64,000 nt of DNA from Candidatus Omnitrophota bacterium. GTDB taxonomy: Bacteria > Omnitrophota > Omnitrophia > Omnitrophales > Aquincolibacteriaceae. Positions 50,126 to 60,500 of the stretch are shown here, piece by piece; positions within the stretch are counted from its first letter, which is position 1, and each line of letters opens with the position of its first letter. Made by a program: the position numbers and the translations under genes. The notes beneath the pieces are model-generated. The model searched no databases. It was not told the DNA's origin and was given only the letters and a program-made list of their open reading frames with translations. Location: contig CAISGE010000002.1 in assembly GCA_903884815.1 (NCBI GenBank), forward strand, positions 45,955-109,954, read 5' to 3'.

Positions 50126-51454
50126 ATGACCCCAAAACTGAATAAATCTATTTGTTTTTTCTGTCTCGGACTTCTTGCCTTTTCTCTTTTCGCATATGCC
50201 GAAGAGAAGAAGGATGATCTTTATGCCCCGACGTACACCCAACCCCTGGCTCCGGAGCCGCTCAAGGGCGCCCTTTCCCGCATTATTGAATTTCCCCTCA
50301 AGTTGGCCAAGTGGCCCATGGACCAGGGGATTCTCTTTAATGACCGGCATCGGGTTGACAAAAAGGCGATCTGGCTTTACGAAGAATCGTTGCGACAAGG
50401 CGTTAAACCTCTCGTTGGATTTTCGGATCTTTCTGCGTTGCCCTACTACGGCGCTGAGTTTAACCTTCTGACGCTTGCCCGCCAGAAAGAACGATACCCG
50501 GATTTTTTTGCCACCACCACGATCCTTCACTGCCCTGCGGTTTTCTTCATGGTTGGGTCGGAGATCGGAGCTCAGCAGATCGGCGGGACCGGGTTTCACG
50601 CCAAAGGTCTTTTTAATTATTCCCGCGATGAAAAAGAGCCTTTTTACGGTATCGGGCCCGACACGAGCCATGGGGACAAATCGTCTTACCGGATGGAAAC
50701 CACCCGGGTAGGCGTTGAGGCTGGCTACGAATTTTCCCCCTCGTTGGATATCACCACCGGATTTGATTACAAGAACGTCAATATCCGCAGCGTGGTTCAT
50801 GACAACACGGCCAGCATTTCCGGCCTCTTTTCCGGCCAAAACATTCCGGGTCTGAGTGGCGACAATCTTCTGGATTATTCCGTGGCTCTCGGACGTGATA
50901 CCCGAGACAGCAAAGACGATGCAACCCAGGGGAGTTACCAGAAACTTCGTTTTGAATTTACCGACGGCGTTAACGGCTCAACGGCTAAGTATTTCAAGTA
51001 CCAGTTGGATATGGCCAAATATTTCCGGCTCTGGTCTCCGCGCCGCGTTTTAGTGGCGCGTCTCTTTGGCGAGCACAATGACGAAGTCGGGGGCGGAAAC
51101 ATTCCTTTTTACAACCTCGCCAAACTGGGAGGCGCGGGGGCTACCAACGCGCGGCAAAGCGAGACCCTGCGCGGCTATGTGTATAACCGCTTTTACGGGG
51201 AAAGTTCCCTGCTGCTTAACTTGGAATACCGGTACACGGTGATGGAATATAAGGAGTTTAAGGTGAAAACCGCTTTGTTTAACGACTTGGGGCAGGTCTT
51301 CGGCGAGATCCATGAGTTTCAGATCAAGGATTTCAGGGAAACCTACGGGGTCGGTTTATATCTTAGCTATTCAAAGAATACGGTCGTGAATTTTTCGGTC
51401 GCCCACAGCAATGACGGTACGCAATTTTATGTCAAAAACAAACTCGCGTTCTAG
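50126..51454 (+). CDS. Omp85/BamA-TamA family outer-membrane beta-barrel without obvious POTRA domains
   Basis: Signal peptide; DTRD, LGG....LRGY...RFYG loop-6 motif, alternating beta-strands, terminal Phe. Confidence 0.85.
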   Translation: MTPKLNKSICFFCLGLLAFSLFAYAEEKKDDLYAPTYTQPLAPEPLKGALSRIIEFPLKLAKWPMDQGILFNDRHRVDKKAIWLYEESLRQGVKPLVGFSDLSALPYYGAEFNLLTLARQKERYPDFFATTTILHCPAVFFMVGSEIGAQQIGGTGFHAKGLFNYSRDEKEPFYGIGPDTSHGDKSSYRMETTRVGVEAGYEFSPSLDITTGFDYKNVNIRSVVHDNTASISGLFSGQNIPGLSGDNLLDYSVALGRDTRDSKDDATQGSYQKLRFEFTDGVNGSTAKYFKYQLDMAKYFRLWSPRRVLVARLFGEHNDEVGGGNIPFYNLAKLGGAGATNARQSETLRGYVYNRFYGESSLLLNLEYRYTVMEYKEFKVKTALFNDLGQVFGEIHEFQIKDFRETYGVGLYLSYSKNTVVNFSVAHSNDGTQFYVKNKLAF

Positions 51455-51498
51455 GGTGGTATGGATGAATAAAAAACTTAGAGCACCTCATAAAACTT

Positions 51499-51524
51499 GT
51501 AGGGCAGGTTTAAACCTGCCCTAC
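51499..51524. repeat. GTAG-type REP-like perfect palindrome
   Basis: GTAGGGCAGGTTT/AAACCTGCCCTAC, a perfect 26-bp inverted repeat. Confidence 0.75.
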
Positions 51525-51563
51525 CCCCTCCTCAAAGGACAGATTTTGGTAGAGGTTCGCCGA

Positions 51564-53159
51564 ATGGCAACCGTTGGAATGTTCGGTCTCTTGATCGCGG
51601 GTTTTAGCGGCACGGTCTGGGCAGCAGAGACGGTCCAGTACAAGACACAGGAAGCCACTCACAACAGCGATTTTTTTGATTCGAATGTCTATAACGAAGG
51701 CGTGAATCAACTCGATTTGGGGCGCTGGGGAAGAAGGATTTCCGGTGCGGCGCTTCCCTCGAAAAATGTAAATATCTTTGATGAGGTGCCGGATTCCGGG
51801 TTTTTCACCAATCGCCAGGGCCGCACGCGCCTTTCCGCCGAGGCTCTTGGAACGGGTTTCCAGGAAACGTCCGGACCCGACCTGAGCAGCCCTCTACAGA
51901 TCATGGCGGCGGAACAGCGGGGGATCTATCCCAGGTTTTGGGCGAAGGACGCGCGAGGAGATGAGTATCTTCTGGAATTCGACCCCCAAGGGAAATTCGA
52001 GCTGGTGACGGGCGCGGAAGTGGTGGCTGCGCGGTTTTATCACGCCCTCGGTTATTTTGTGCCGCAATACACGATCGCGATGATTCCTGCCGATCGGTTT
52101 CAGGCGACTCCTGATGCCACCACCTGGGAAGAAACGGGATTCAAGAAGAAGTTGACGCAGACGCGTCTCGAGGAGTATTTGGCGGTGCTGCCGCAGAACG
52201 AAGCGGGCCTTTACCGGGCCTCCGCGTGCAAGATCCTGAGGGGGGGGTACCACGGCAGCTTTAGTTTTGAGTCCCGCCGAAAAGAGGATCCCACGGATCT
52301 CGTGAATCATCGCGACCACCGTGAGATCCGGACGCTTGGCATTTTTGCAGCGTGGCTCAACCACTACGATCTCAGGGAAAGCGATACTCTGGATATCTCC
52401 GTCGAGGAGAACGGGCAGACCGTGCTCACCCATTATCTGGGCGATTTTAACGGAGCCTTAGGGGCCACGCAGGAAGGCCCGAAAGCGCCGATGCTCGGTT
52501 ACGAGCACGCGATTGATTATGGCGAGACCTTTAAATCAGTTCTGGCTCTCGGGTTCCGCGAGAAGCCCTGGCAGAAAAAGTGGAAACAAGCGGGCGAGCA
52601 GAGCCTCGCGGCTCCGGCCGTGGGTTACTTCACGAATGATCTTTTTGATCCCGCGCGTTATAAAGCCGAGTTTCCCTATGAAGCCTTCCGTCTTGTCACG
52701 CGTGCCGACGGATTCTGGGCCGCAAAACTTCTTTTGAGCTTTTCGGATGAAGACATCAAGACGATGGTGGGCGCCGGAAAATATACCGATCCGGCGGACG
52801 CCGCGACCCTGGCAAAAACGCTGACCGAACGTCGTGACATTATCACCCGCTACTGGCTTTCCCGCGCCAATCCTCTGGACGGATTTTCGTTCTCCGGCGG
52901 GAAACTATCTTTCAAAGACCTTGCGCCCCAGGGCGGTACGGTTTATTCCGTGGAAGTCCTGAAAGAAAATGGAAAAGAAAAGATCACACAGTTTGAAACT
53001 AAGGAATCTGTTTTTGATGTTCCCGCGGGAGAGCTCCCCGCAAACGGCGAGGTCCGGATCCTGATCCGGGTTCTTCGCCCCTCCTCCAAGGCCGCCAGTC
53101 CCGCTGTCACCGTTCGCTTGAACACCGCGGGCATTCAGGGCATTCGCCGCGAAGACTAA
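51564..53159 (+). CDS. Secreted hypothetical protein with a degenerate atypical-kinase-like core (alternative start 51465)
   Basis: Signal-like N-terminus; N.FDEVPDS.FFTNR, YLLEFD, AAWLNHYD...D, HYLGDFNG, ADGFWAAK. Confidence 0.75.
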   Translation: MATVGMFGLLIAGFSGTVWAAETVQYKTQEATHNSDFFDSNVYNEGVNQLDLGRWGRRISGAALPSKNVNIFDEVPDSGFFTNRQGRTRLSAEALGTGFQETSGPDLSSPLQIMAAEQRGIYPRFWAKDARGDEYLLEFDPQGKFELVTGAEVVAARFYHALGYFVPQYTIAMIPADRFQATPDATTWEETGFKKKLTQTRLEEYLAVLPQNEAGLYRASACKILRGGYHGSFSFESRRKEDPTDLVNHRDHREIRTLGIFAAWLNHYDLRESDTLDISVEENGQTVLTHYLGDFNGALGATQEGPKAPMLGYEHAIDYGETFKSVLALGFREKPWQKKWKQAGEQSLAAPAVGYFTNDLFDPARYKAEFPYEAFRLVTRADGFWAAKLLLSFSDEDIKTMVGAGKYTDPADAATLAKTLTERRDIITRYWLSRANPLDGFSFSGGKLSFKDLAPQGGTVYSVEVLKENGKEKITQFETKESVFDVPAGELPANGEVRILIRVLRPSSKAASPAVTVRLNTAGIQGIRRED

Positions 53160-53391
53160 ACGCTCTGCTGAAAAACAGTATGTAGTATGTTGGTAAAAAA
53201 TAAGCCGGCAAGATTGTGTGACATACGGCCGACGATATATAGAGATGCTGTGTCCCCCGCTTTTCTCCGGACGTTCTCGTTGCCTTCGCAAAAAAATGTA
53301 GCCGCCACGATTGCACAAGTGCTATCATTTGCGCAATAATGATAAATATGCACTACTAATTAATGCGAAATGTGCAAGAGGGGGGCTGGCC

Positions 53392-53946
53392 ATGGAGGAA
53401 AAACTTCTAAAGGTTTCGGACGTGATGAAGCGTCTGAATGTTTCCCGCCGAACGATCTATTATTGGATCGATGAGGGGATCATCAAGACCATTCGCATCG
53501 GAGGCATGTACCGCTTTCACCCGGAAGATATCGCCCAGCTGATCGAGTCGGGCCGCAGCGCCCCCGCGGTCAAACAAAAAAAGATTCTCGCGGTCGACGA
53601 CGACATCCTCGTTCGGGAGTCCATCAAATTGTTGCTTGGCCGTGAAGGTTATTCGGTGACCGCCGTACCTGACGGAAAATCTGCTGTGATCTTGTCCACC
53701 CAGCAGGATTTCGATTTGACGCTTGCGGACATGAGAATGCCCGACATGAATGGCCTGGAAACTCTCAAGGCGATCCGCAAGGCCCGGAAAGACGAGGGCA
53801 AGGAACTCAAGCCCGAGATCATTATGACAGCCTATGAAGACGGCAAGGCAAAGAAGGAAGCCAAAGCGATCGGCGTGAAGGAATTTGTGATGAAGCCTTT
53901 CGAGCTGGACCACTTTCTGGACCTCGTGAAACAGAATATCGGCTGA
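53392..53946 (+). CDS. Excisionase/BldC-like HTH (HTH_17) fused to a receiver domain
   Basis: LLKVSDV..RLNVSRRTIYYWI..G.I...RIGG.YRF; ILAVDDD, D-MRMP.MNG, MTAY, KPF. Confidence 0.92.
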   Translation: MEEKLLKVSDVMKRLNVSRRTIYYWIDEGIIKTIRIGGMYRFHPEDIAQLIESGRSAPAVKQKKILAVDDDILVRESIKLLLGREGYSVTAVPDGKSAVILSTQQDFDLTLADMRMPDMNGLETLKAIRKARKDEGKELKPEIIMTAYEDGKAKKEAKAIGVKEFVMKPFELDHFLDLVKQNIG

Positions 53947-54056
53947 ATTCTGTACTGAATTAAAACCTCGAAGTCATACCCTCCCCGTTCAATGCGTTTG
54001 TAGCTCCCTCCAGCCCAAGGGCATTCCAACTCGTTTCCCGTGGCGAAGAATGGCAG

Positions 54057-54093
54057 TTGACTTTTATTGCGCAGAATAATACAATTTGCACAA
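54057..54093 (+). promoter_or_regulatory. Sigma70 promoter upstream of the giant gene, overlapped by TTGCRCA motifs
   Basis: TTGACT (54057-54062), 17 bp spacer, TACAAT (54080-54085); TTGCGCAG at 54067 and TTGCACAA at 54086. Confidence 0.65.
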
Positions 54094-54552
54094 TAGTATC
54101 AATATCAACGCTATAAGGTAATACAGAATGAGCAAAAAGAATAAGTACATTCCCGGACCTGAAAGTGAAAAAATCTCCCACCTCCAATCAACCATTTTCA
54201 GAGCAAAGAATCCGCGGATTGCCGCTCATGGTCTATGGTACTTAGCTTATGGGTCTGTAAGACTTTCTTATATCTTAATAGTCTCTATGGGACATTAATT
54301 TATGTTTTCATATATTAATACAAGCCAATTACTTTTCATAGCTCTCTAGAAATCATAAATGCCATAAATTCTATAACATACTATTTCATATTATATAAAC
54401 GCTATGTATTGCTATGCGCTTAATGTTAGGCATTGCTATATCAAACTAGATTGTCAGCCATTGCGCATGTCTTGCGCGTCAATGAGGGTTTAACCAGGAA
54501 GAGCAGAATTTATCCCTGAAATGAAATTCTAAGATCATCGGGAGACAGAAGC

Positions 54553-57500
54553 ATGAAAAACACAATCGTAAATCGCGGGACTGCAGCGGCGCTTTGTTTT
54601 CTGATGTGTTTTATTTCGATACCGGTGATGCCGGCGCATGCGATGGTTACACAAAAACCTTTGGTTTTTGGTACCTCCTCGAAAGGATCCCAGCAGTCTG
54701 GGGTGCCCGCGGATAAGGTCGATACGACGGCGAAACAAGAGGTGCCGGTCGAGCCGAATGCCGGCTTCATGAACCCTTCGGCAATAAGAGCCGCGACAGT
54801 AAACACGCCGTCGACAACGATGACACCTTCTATCGACACTCAGAAGCCTTCGGTGCCGACGGGACTTGCGGTCTCGAATGTGACGGCGACGGGCGTGAAG
54901 CTTAGCTGGAATGCCGTGACGGATAATGCCGGAGGTTCCGGTGTGACGGGTTACGATATCTACAAGGATTCGGCCCTTTTCGCGACGGTGGCCGGGAATG
55001 TTACGACCTACACGGTGACGGGGCTTACGGAGGGTACTGCTTATACCTTCACGATCAAGGCCAAGGACGCGGCGAATAATGTCTCGGATGCAAGCGATCC
55101 GCTTTCAGTCACGCCGTCGTCGGTCAATCAGCCGCCGGTGGCGACAGCGCCCACCGTGAATCCTTTTAATGAGGATACGCCGCAAGCCATCACGCTCGGC
55201 GGCACGGACCCGGATCATAATCCGCTCACGTATGTCATCGTCACCAGACCGGCGCACGGGTCGCTGGTGCATGATCCCGCATTCCCGAACGATCCCTCCA
55301 AGTTCCTTTACACGCCCGTTGCGGACTACAACGGGACTGATTCGTTCACGTATAAAGTGAACGACGGCACCGCCACATATACGGCGACCGACACAACCGC
55401 AACCTCCGCCGCCGCGACGGTTTCACTGACCATCAACGCGGTTAACGACGCGCCGGTGGCGACGACGACGCGGGTGGTGAATATCCTCCAAAATACGGCC
55501 CGCACCGTCACTCTCGGGGCATTGAACGTCGATAAGGACACGCTTTCCTACACGATCCTGACGCGGCCGGCGAAGGGGACATTGTCGTGCACGGGAGCGG
55601 CGTGCACTTATACGCCAGCGGCGAATGACTTTGGGACGTATTCTTTCTCGTACAAGGTAAGTGACGGGACGCTGGATTCACAGCCAGCGATCGTGACCTT
55701 TGAGGTCGTCAAGCCCGCCGCGGCGCCGGTCATGATGGCGGCCCAAACGGGGACGACGGGGGAAAGCCTTTCGTTCACGGTCCCGAATGCCGCGGCATAC
55801 ACGTTTGACGCGTTTGACGGGGAATCGCTTCCGGCGGGCGCGCATTACGACGCCGCAAACGGTCAATTCACCTGGACGCCGACCTACAACCAGGCGGGAG
55901 TTCACGTGTTGCAGTTCGTCAAGGACCAGCAGACTTATCAGACGCTCCTGGCCGTCAGCTACGTTCCTCCGATCGGGATCTCCAATCCGGAGTTTGGGAT
56001 CATGGAGACTTACCGGATGTATGATGACATCGCGAAGCGGAATACGGCACTCACCTACTATCGGAACGACGAAGGCGGCTTTTACACGCATTATATCGAC
56101 AACGGAGCCGGGTGCTCCGACTCCGGCAACTCCGCCGGGACCGCGGCCAGTCCGCGGTGCACCATCCCGTCCGAACTTCCCGCCGGCGCTGTCATCGAGC
56201 TTCATGGCGGACCGTATACGAATATCACAAGTTGGCAAAACGCCGTAAACGGAGCGGGAACGCAAGATAAACCCATCTTTATTCGAGGGAATGGCGTGAG
56301 AATTGATGCGAGACTGAGTATCTACACGAGGCCCACGGAGGAGAACAGTTATGTGATCGCGGAAGGACTCAATGCGTATGCTGTCAACATAGGCGCACCG
56401 AGCAACCATGTCGTACTGAGAAACTCAGATGTTCACGGGGATGCGAGCGGCGGCGGTGTTTCTTTGCAAAGGCCGACGGAAAGCACCAAGGCCAATCCCA
56501 ACAATGCTATATCCAATGTCACCCTCTACAACAACACGATCCACGATAACGGAATCTGGCAACCGGAACTTGCCGAGGGAGATCGGGATATTCACGGACT
56601 GGTCATCGGTTGGTTTAGTCTCGTAGACCATGTCTGGGTGCTGGATAACGATATCTATCACAACGAAGGCGATTCGATTCAGGTCAATGCGGGGCCGCAC
56701 GTGACGCCGTCCAACGTCAACAACATCTACATCGGACGCAACGAAATGCATGACGATAAACAGAGCGCTTTGGGTGTCAAGAGCGCGAAGGATGTTATTA
56801 TTTCTGAAAATGACATGTATGGAATCCGTGTAAGCAGTTCGGCGTCGGGCGATTGTACGGGTAATTCGGATGACGGACCGGAATCTGTCTGGTGGCTTTA
56901 CAACAAAATTCATGATGGAGCCTTAGGCTTCAAGTTCTCCGGCAGCGCTGTCGGAACCTACGGAATGATCGGGAACCTGATCTACGATATCCATGGCGCC
57001 GGGGGACCGCTCTCGGGCGATTATTCTCAATCCGGCCAAGCGATGACGGATTGGCATGGCAATATCATCAAGTACATCGTGAACAATACCATCTATGATA
57101 CGGATTACGGTTATTCGGTGTGGCAGGGCGGACGTCCCAACAATGAGTCGTTTACCCTTGTCAATAATATCGGCGTCACGACACTGACCGGTTATGCAGC
57201 CTCCAGCATACTTCATTCCGATGCCATCAACCTCTCGGACAATATCACGGGAAGCAGCGCCCTTTTCGCCAATGTTCCCGCGTTCTCGACGCGTCTCGAT
57301 GATTTTCAATTTACGGCCACGGCCGGTCAAATGCGTTCGGCGGAGGGCGGCACGAAGACCATGCTGACGGTCCCAGGCGCGGATTTTACCGCGTTGGGCG
57401 TCAAAGCGGGAGACCGTCTCGACCTGGGGGCGGCGAGGACAGATCAAAACGGGAAAAAGATTATGAATCCCGCCGTCTCTGTTTATTCATCCACGTGGAT

Positions 57501-60500
57501 GTACATCGAAAGCGTGAACGGAGATACGATCACCTTAAAAGATAATGTCTGGCTTTGGGATTCGAACGCGGTGAAGTTCTCGATCTATTATTATCCCTAT
57601 CCGAAGGTGAACACGAACGAACTGTATCTCGACGATGTTTCGAAGTTCAGCGTGGGAGACGTTATCGAATACAACCATGACGGCGTTGCCAGGAGAGTGG
57701 TCAGCGTCGATACCAATGTCATTTCGGATTCCATCGGACCCAAAGGCCGGATCGTGTTGGACAGTCCTGTGCCTAAGCTCATCTCGCAGGCTTCGATCAC
57801 CAACTGGGGGCCGAAGACTGACAACAATCTTGTGTGGGACCTGAGTCTGAAGGCCGGCTCCGCGGCCATCGGAAAAGCCGAGTCCCTTCAGACGATCACG
57901 GCCATGGATCACTCGGGGAATCCGGTCCTGGATGGGGCAGGCAAGCCCGTCTCGCTTGCCGCCTATTTTAATACATTATACGGGATACAGCTCCCGGCGA
58001 ACCCGGACCTCGGGGGGTCTGACTACACGGACGCGGGCGTGCCGGCTGTTTCTTATTATGTCGGGAATGATTACACAGCCGACTCGACCCATTTCACAAC
58101 CGTACAGGCTGCTCAGAGCCGGATCGCGGCGGATATCGCGGCGCATGCGGGTGATCCTTCCTGGATACAGCCTGCCTACACGGTGCTGATCAAAGCGGGC
58201 GTGTATCAAAACGTGGCGGGAAACTGCTCAGGCGCCACTTGTAATCTTGTCAATGTGACAGTTTCAGGGACCGCGAGCGCGCCGATCACTTTTAAACCCT
58301 TGGGAGACGGGCCCGTTGTTTTCCGCGGATTTGGATTTGAAGATCGTGATCTGAACGGTGACGGAATGGCGGATGGCCCGGCCGATCCTAACAAACGCGA
58401 AACGCTCATGCGGATCAGCGGCAATTACATCCATGTCGAAGGTCTTGAGTTCACGAACTCCCAGCAGGGGGGACTCGTCATCGAGGGGAGCTTCAACCGA
58501 ATCGAGAACGTCAGCTCCCATGATAATTGGACCATCGGGATCAGCATCGGAGATGCCGGCAACCGCCGCGTTGAGGGGAATGTCGTCACCGGCTGTGAAG
58601 CCTACAACAACCGTCATTACGTGGGCATTGCGATCAACTTCGCGCAGCAGACGAATTGGAATCCGGACTGGCTTGTGACGAAAAACATCATTGAGAACTC
58701 ACTTTCTTACAGGAACGGTTACCTGCCCGACGGAACCAAAGTGCTGCCTATCGGCGGTGATCCGCAAGGGGGAGGGAATTCGGACGGGATCATGGCCACC
58801 AAGTTCTGCGCTTCAGGGAAGACTCAGAACGCGTGCCCGGATAATATTTTCCGCGGGAATATCGTCTGGTCGAACGCCGATGACGGTATTGACGTGAGCT
58901 TCTCCGACTCGCTGATCGAGAACAACATCTCTTTTGATAATGGGCCGTCGGGCAGCATGGGATTTAAAGTGTTCTTCGAAAATGTAAAGAACAGCTTTGT
59001 CGGGAACATCGCCTACGCGAACGATGGAAATGGTTTTGACTTGCGCAGCACGACAACCGGCATCTTTCTCAATAATCTGGCTTTGAATAACGGCGCGTGG
59101 GGATTTTCGGGGGGTAACTTCGAAACCAATCACAATAACATGGCGTACGGGAGCGTTCTTAACGCGGACATGTCGATCCCGGCCGCCTGCGCGAATTCGA
59201 CTTGCTCGAATAACTGGAACGGCAAGGGCAGCGGGCCCTTGAGCGGCGACCCCAAGTTGGCGAACACGACGCTCTTCAAAGGCTCGAACGGACAGATCGT
59301 GTTCAGTCTGCCGGCGGGAACGATAGACCAAAAAGTGGCCTGGCTCAAGGGTCAGTTTGCGACCGCTTTCAGTTTGCAATCTGGAAGTGGGGCGATCAAC
59401 GCCGGGGTCGCGGCCTCCTATACGGACCCGATCACGGGGGAGACGCTCTCCAGAACGGTACTAGGAAGCGCGCCTGAAATAGGGGCTTATGAATACACGG
59501 ACGGTACGACGCCTCCGCCCGACCAGACGGTTCCCGTGATCAGCGCCGTTCTTTCAAGCAGTGTGACGGTGAACGGGGCGGTGATCAGCTGGACGACCAA
59601 TGAGGCTAGTGATTCCCAGTTGCAGTATCGCGTGCAAGGGACCACGACCTGGTCGAACACGACCCTCAACACGTCACTTGTGACGAGCCACTCCGTGACG
59701 CTCAGTGGGCTGAACGCACGCACGGTGTATGAATATCAGGTGAAGTCCAAGGACCAAGCCGGGAATCTTGCCACTCAGGCAACGATTTCCAATTTCACGA
59801 CGCTGACTCCGCCGCCAACCGGCGCGATCCCGTTGAGTGGCGGACGGACCGCGGATTATGTGTCGGCCGCGGATTCCTCCATTCTGAACAAACTTACGGT
59901 CTATGATGCACAAGGCGTCGTGCAGGCGGTGAGTTATATCCCGAGAGCTTATGTGGATCTGGACCACGATGAGGTTACAGTGGTAAGCGGTCAGGTGAGG
60001 ATCACGCGGCACTACAAGAACCGGACGACGGTGGATGTGTTCGATCAATTCGGGGTTCTTTTGACGCTCGATTCCCAGGGGAATATCCAGAGCGGCAAGA
60101 TCGTGAACTCTGTTTCCGCGACGATCTCCGGGGTTCAGCAGACGCGTTACTCAACGGTCGCGACGGTGAATTATCAGAATCAGCTTCCCGTCTCGGTTGT
60201 GAAAGCCGCAACGGACAGCGTCACGGTCGCCTATGCCCCCGGGACTTCGAACGTGACAGGTTACACTTATAAGAACGCTGCCGGAGCGATCCTGGCGGAG
60301 GCCGTGCCCGTGGCCGGCGGTCTCTTCCGGGTGAATGCTCCGGCGCTTGGCATTGTTCTGGAGCAGGTGAAGATCCAAAGTGCTGCGGACGCGTACCGGT
60401 TGATGGCGAAACTGGCGAGCACCATGAAGCGCCTGGCGGATTACAAAACGGAGCTTGTGCAGGCCTACGGGTTTCTTTACGGAACCGCGACCGCAACTGA

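Noticed and set aside
53392-53560. Prophage or ICE excisionase marking a mobile element
   Set aside because: The HTH is fused to a receiver domain, and no integrase, att repeats or phage genes are in the window.
54051-54070. Sigma54 promoter (TGGCA...TTGC)
   Set aside because: The GG-to-GC spacing is 15 nt rather than 10; a good sigma70 match explains the region.
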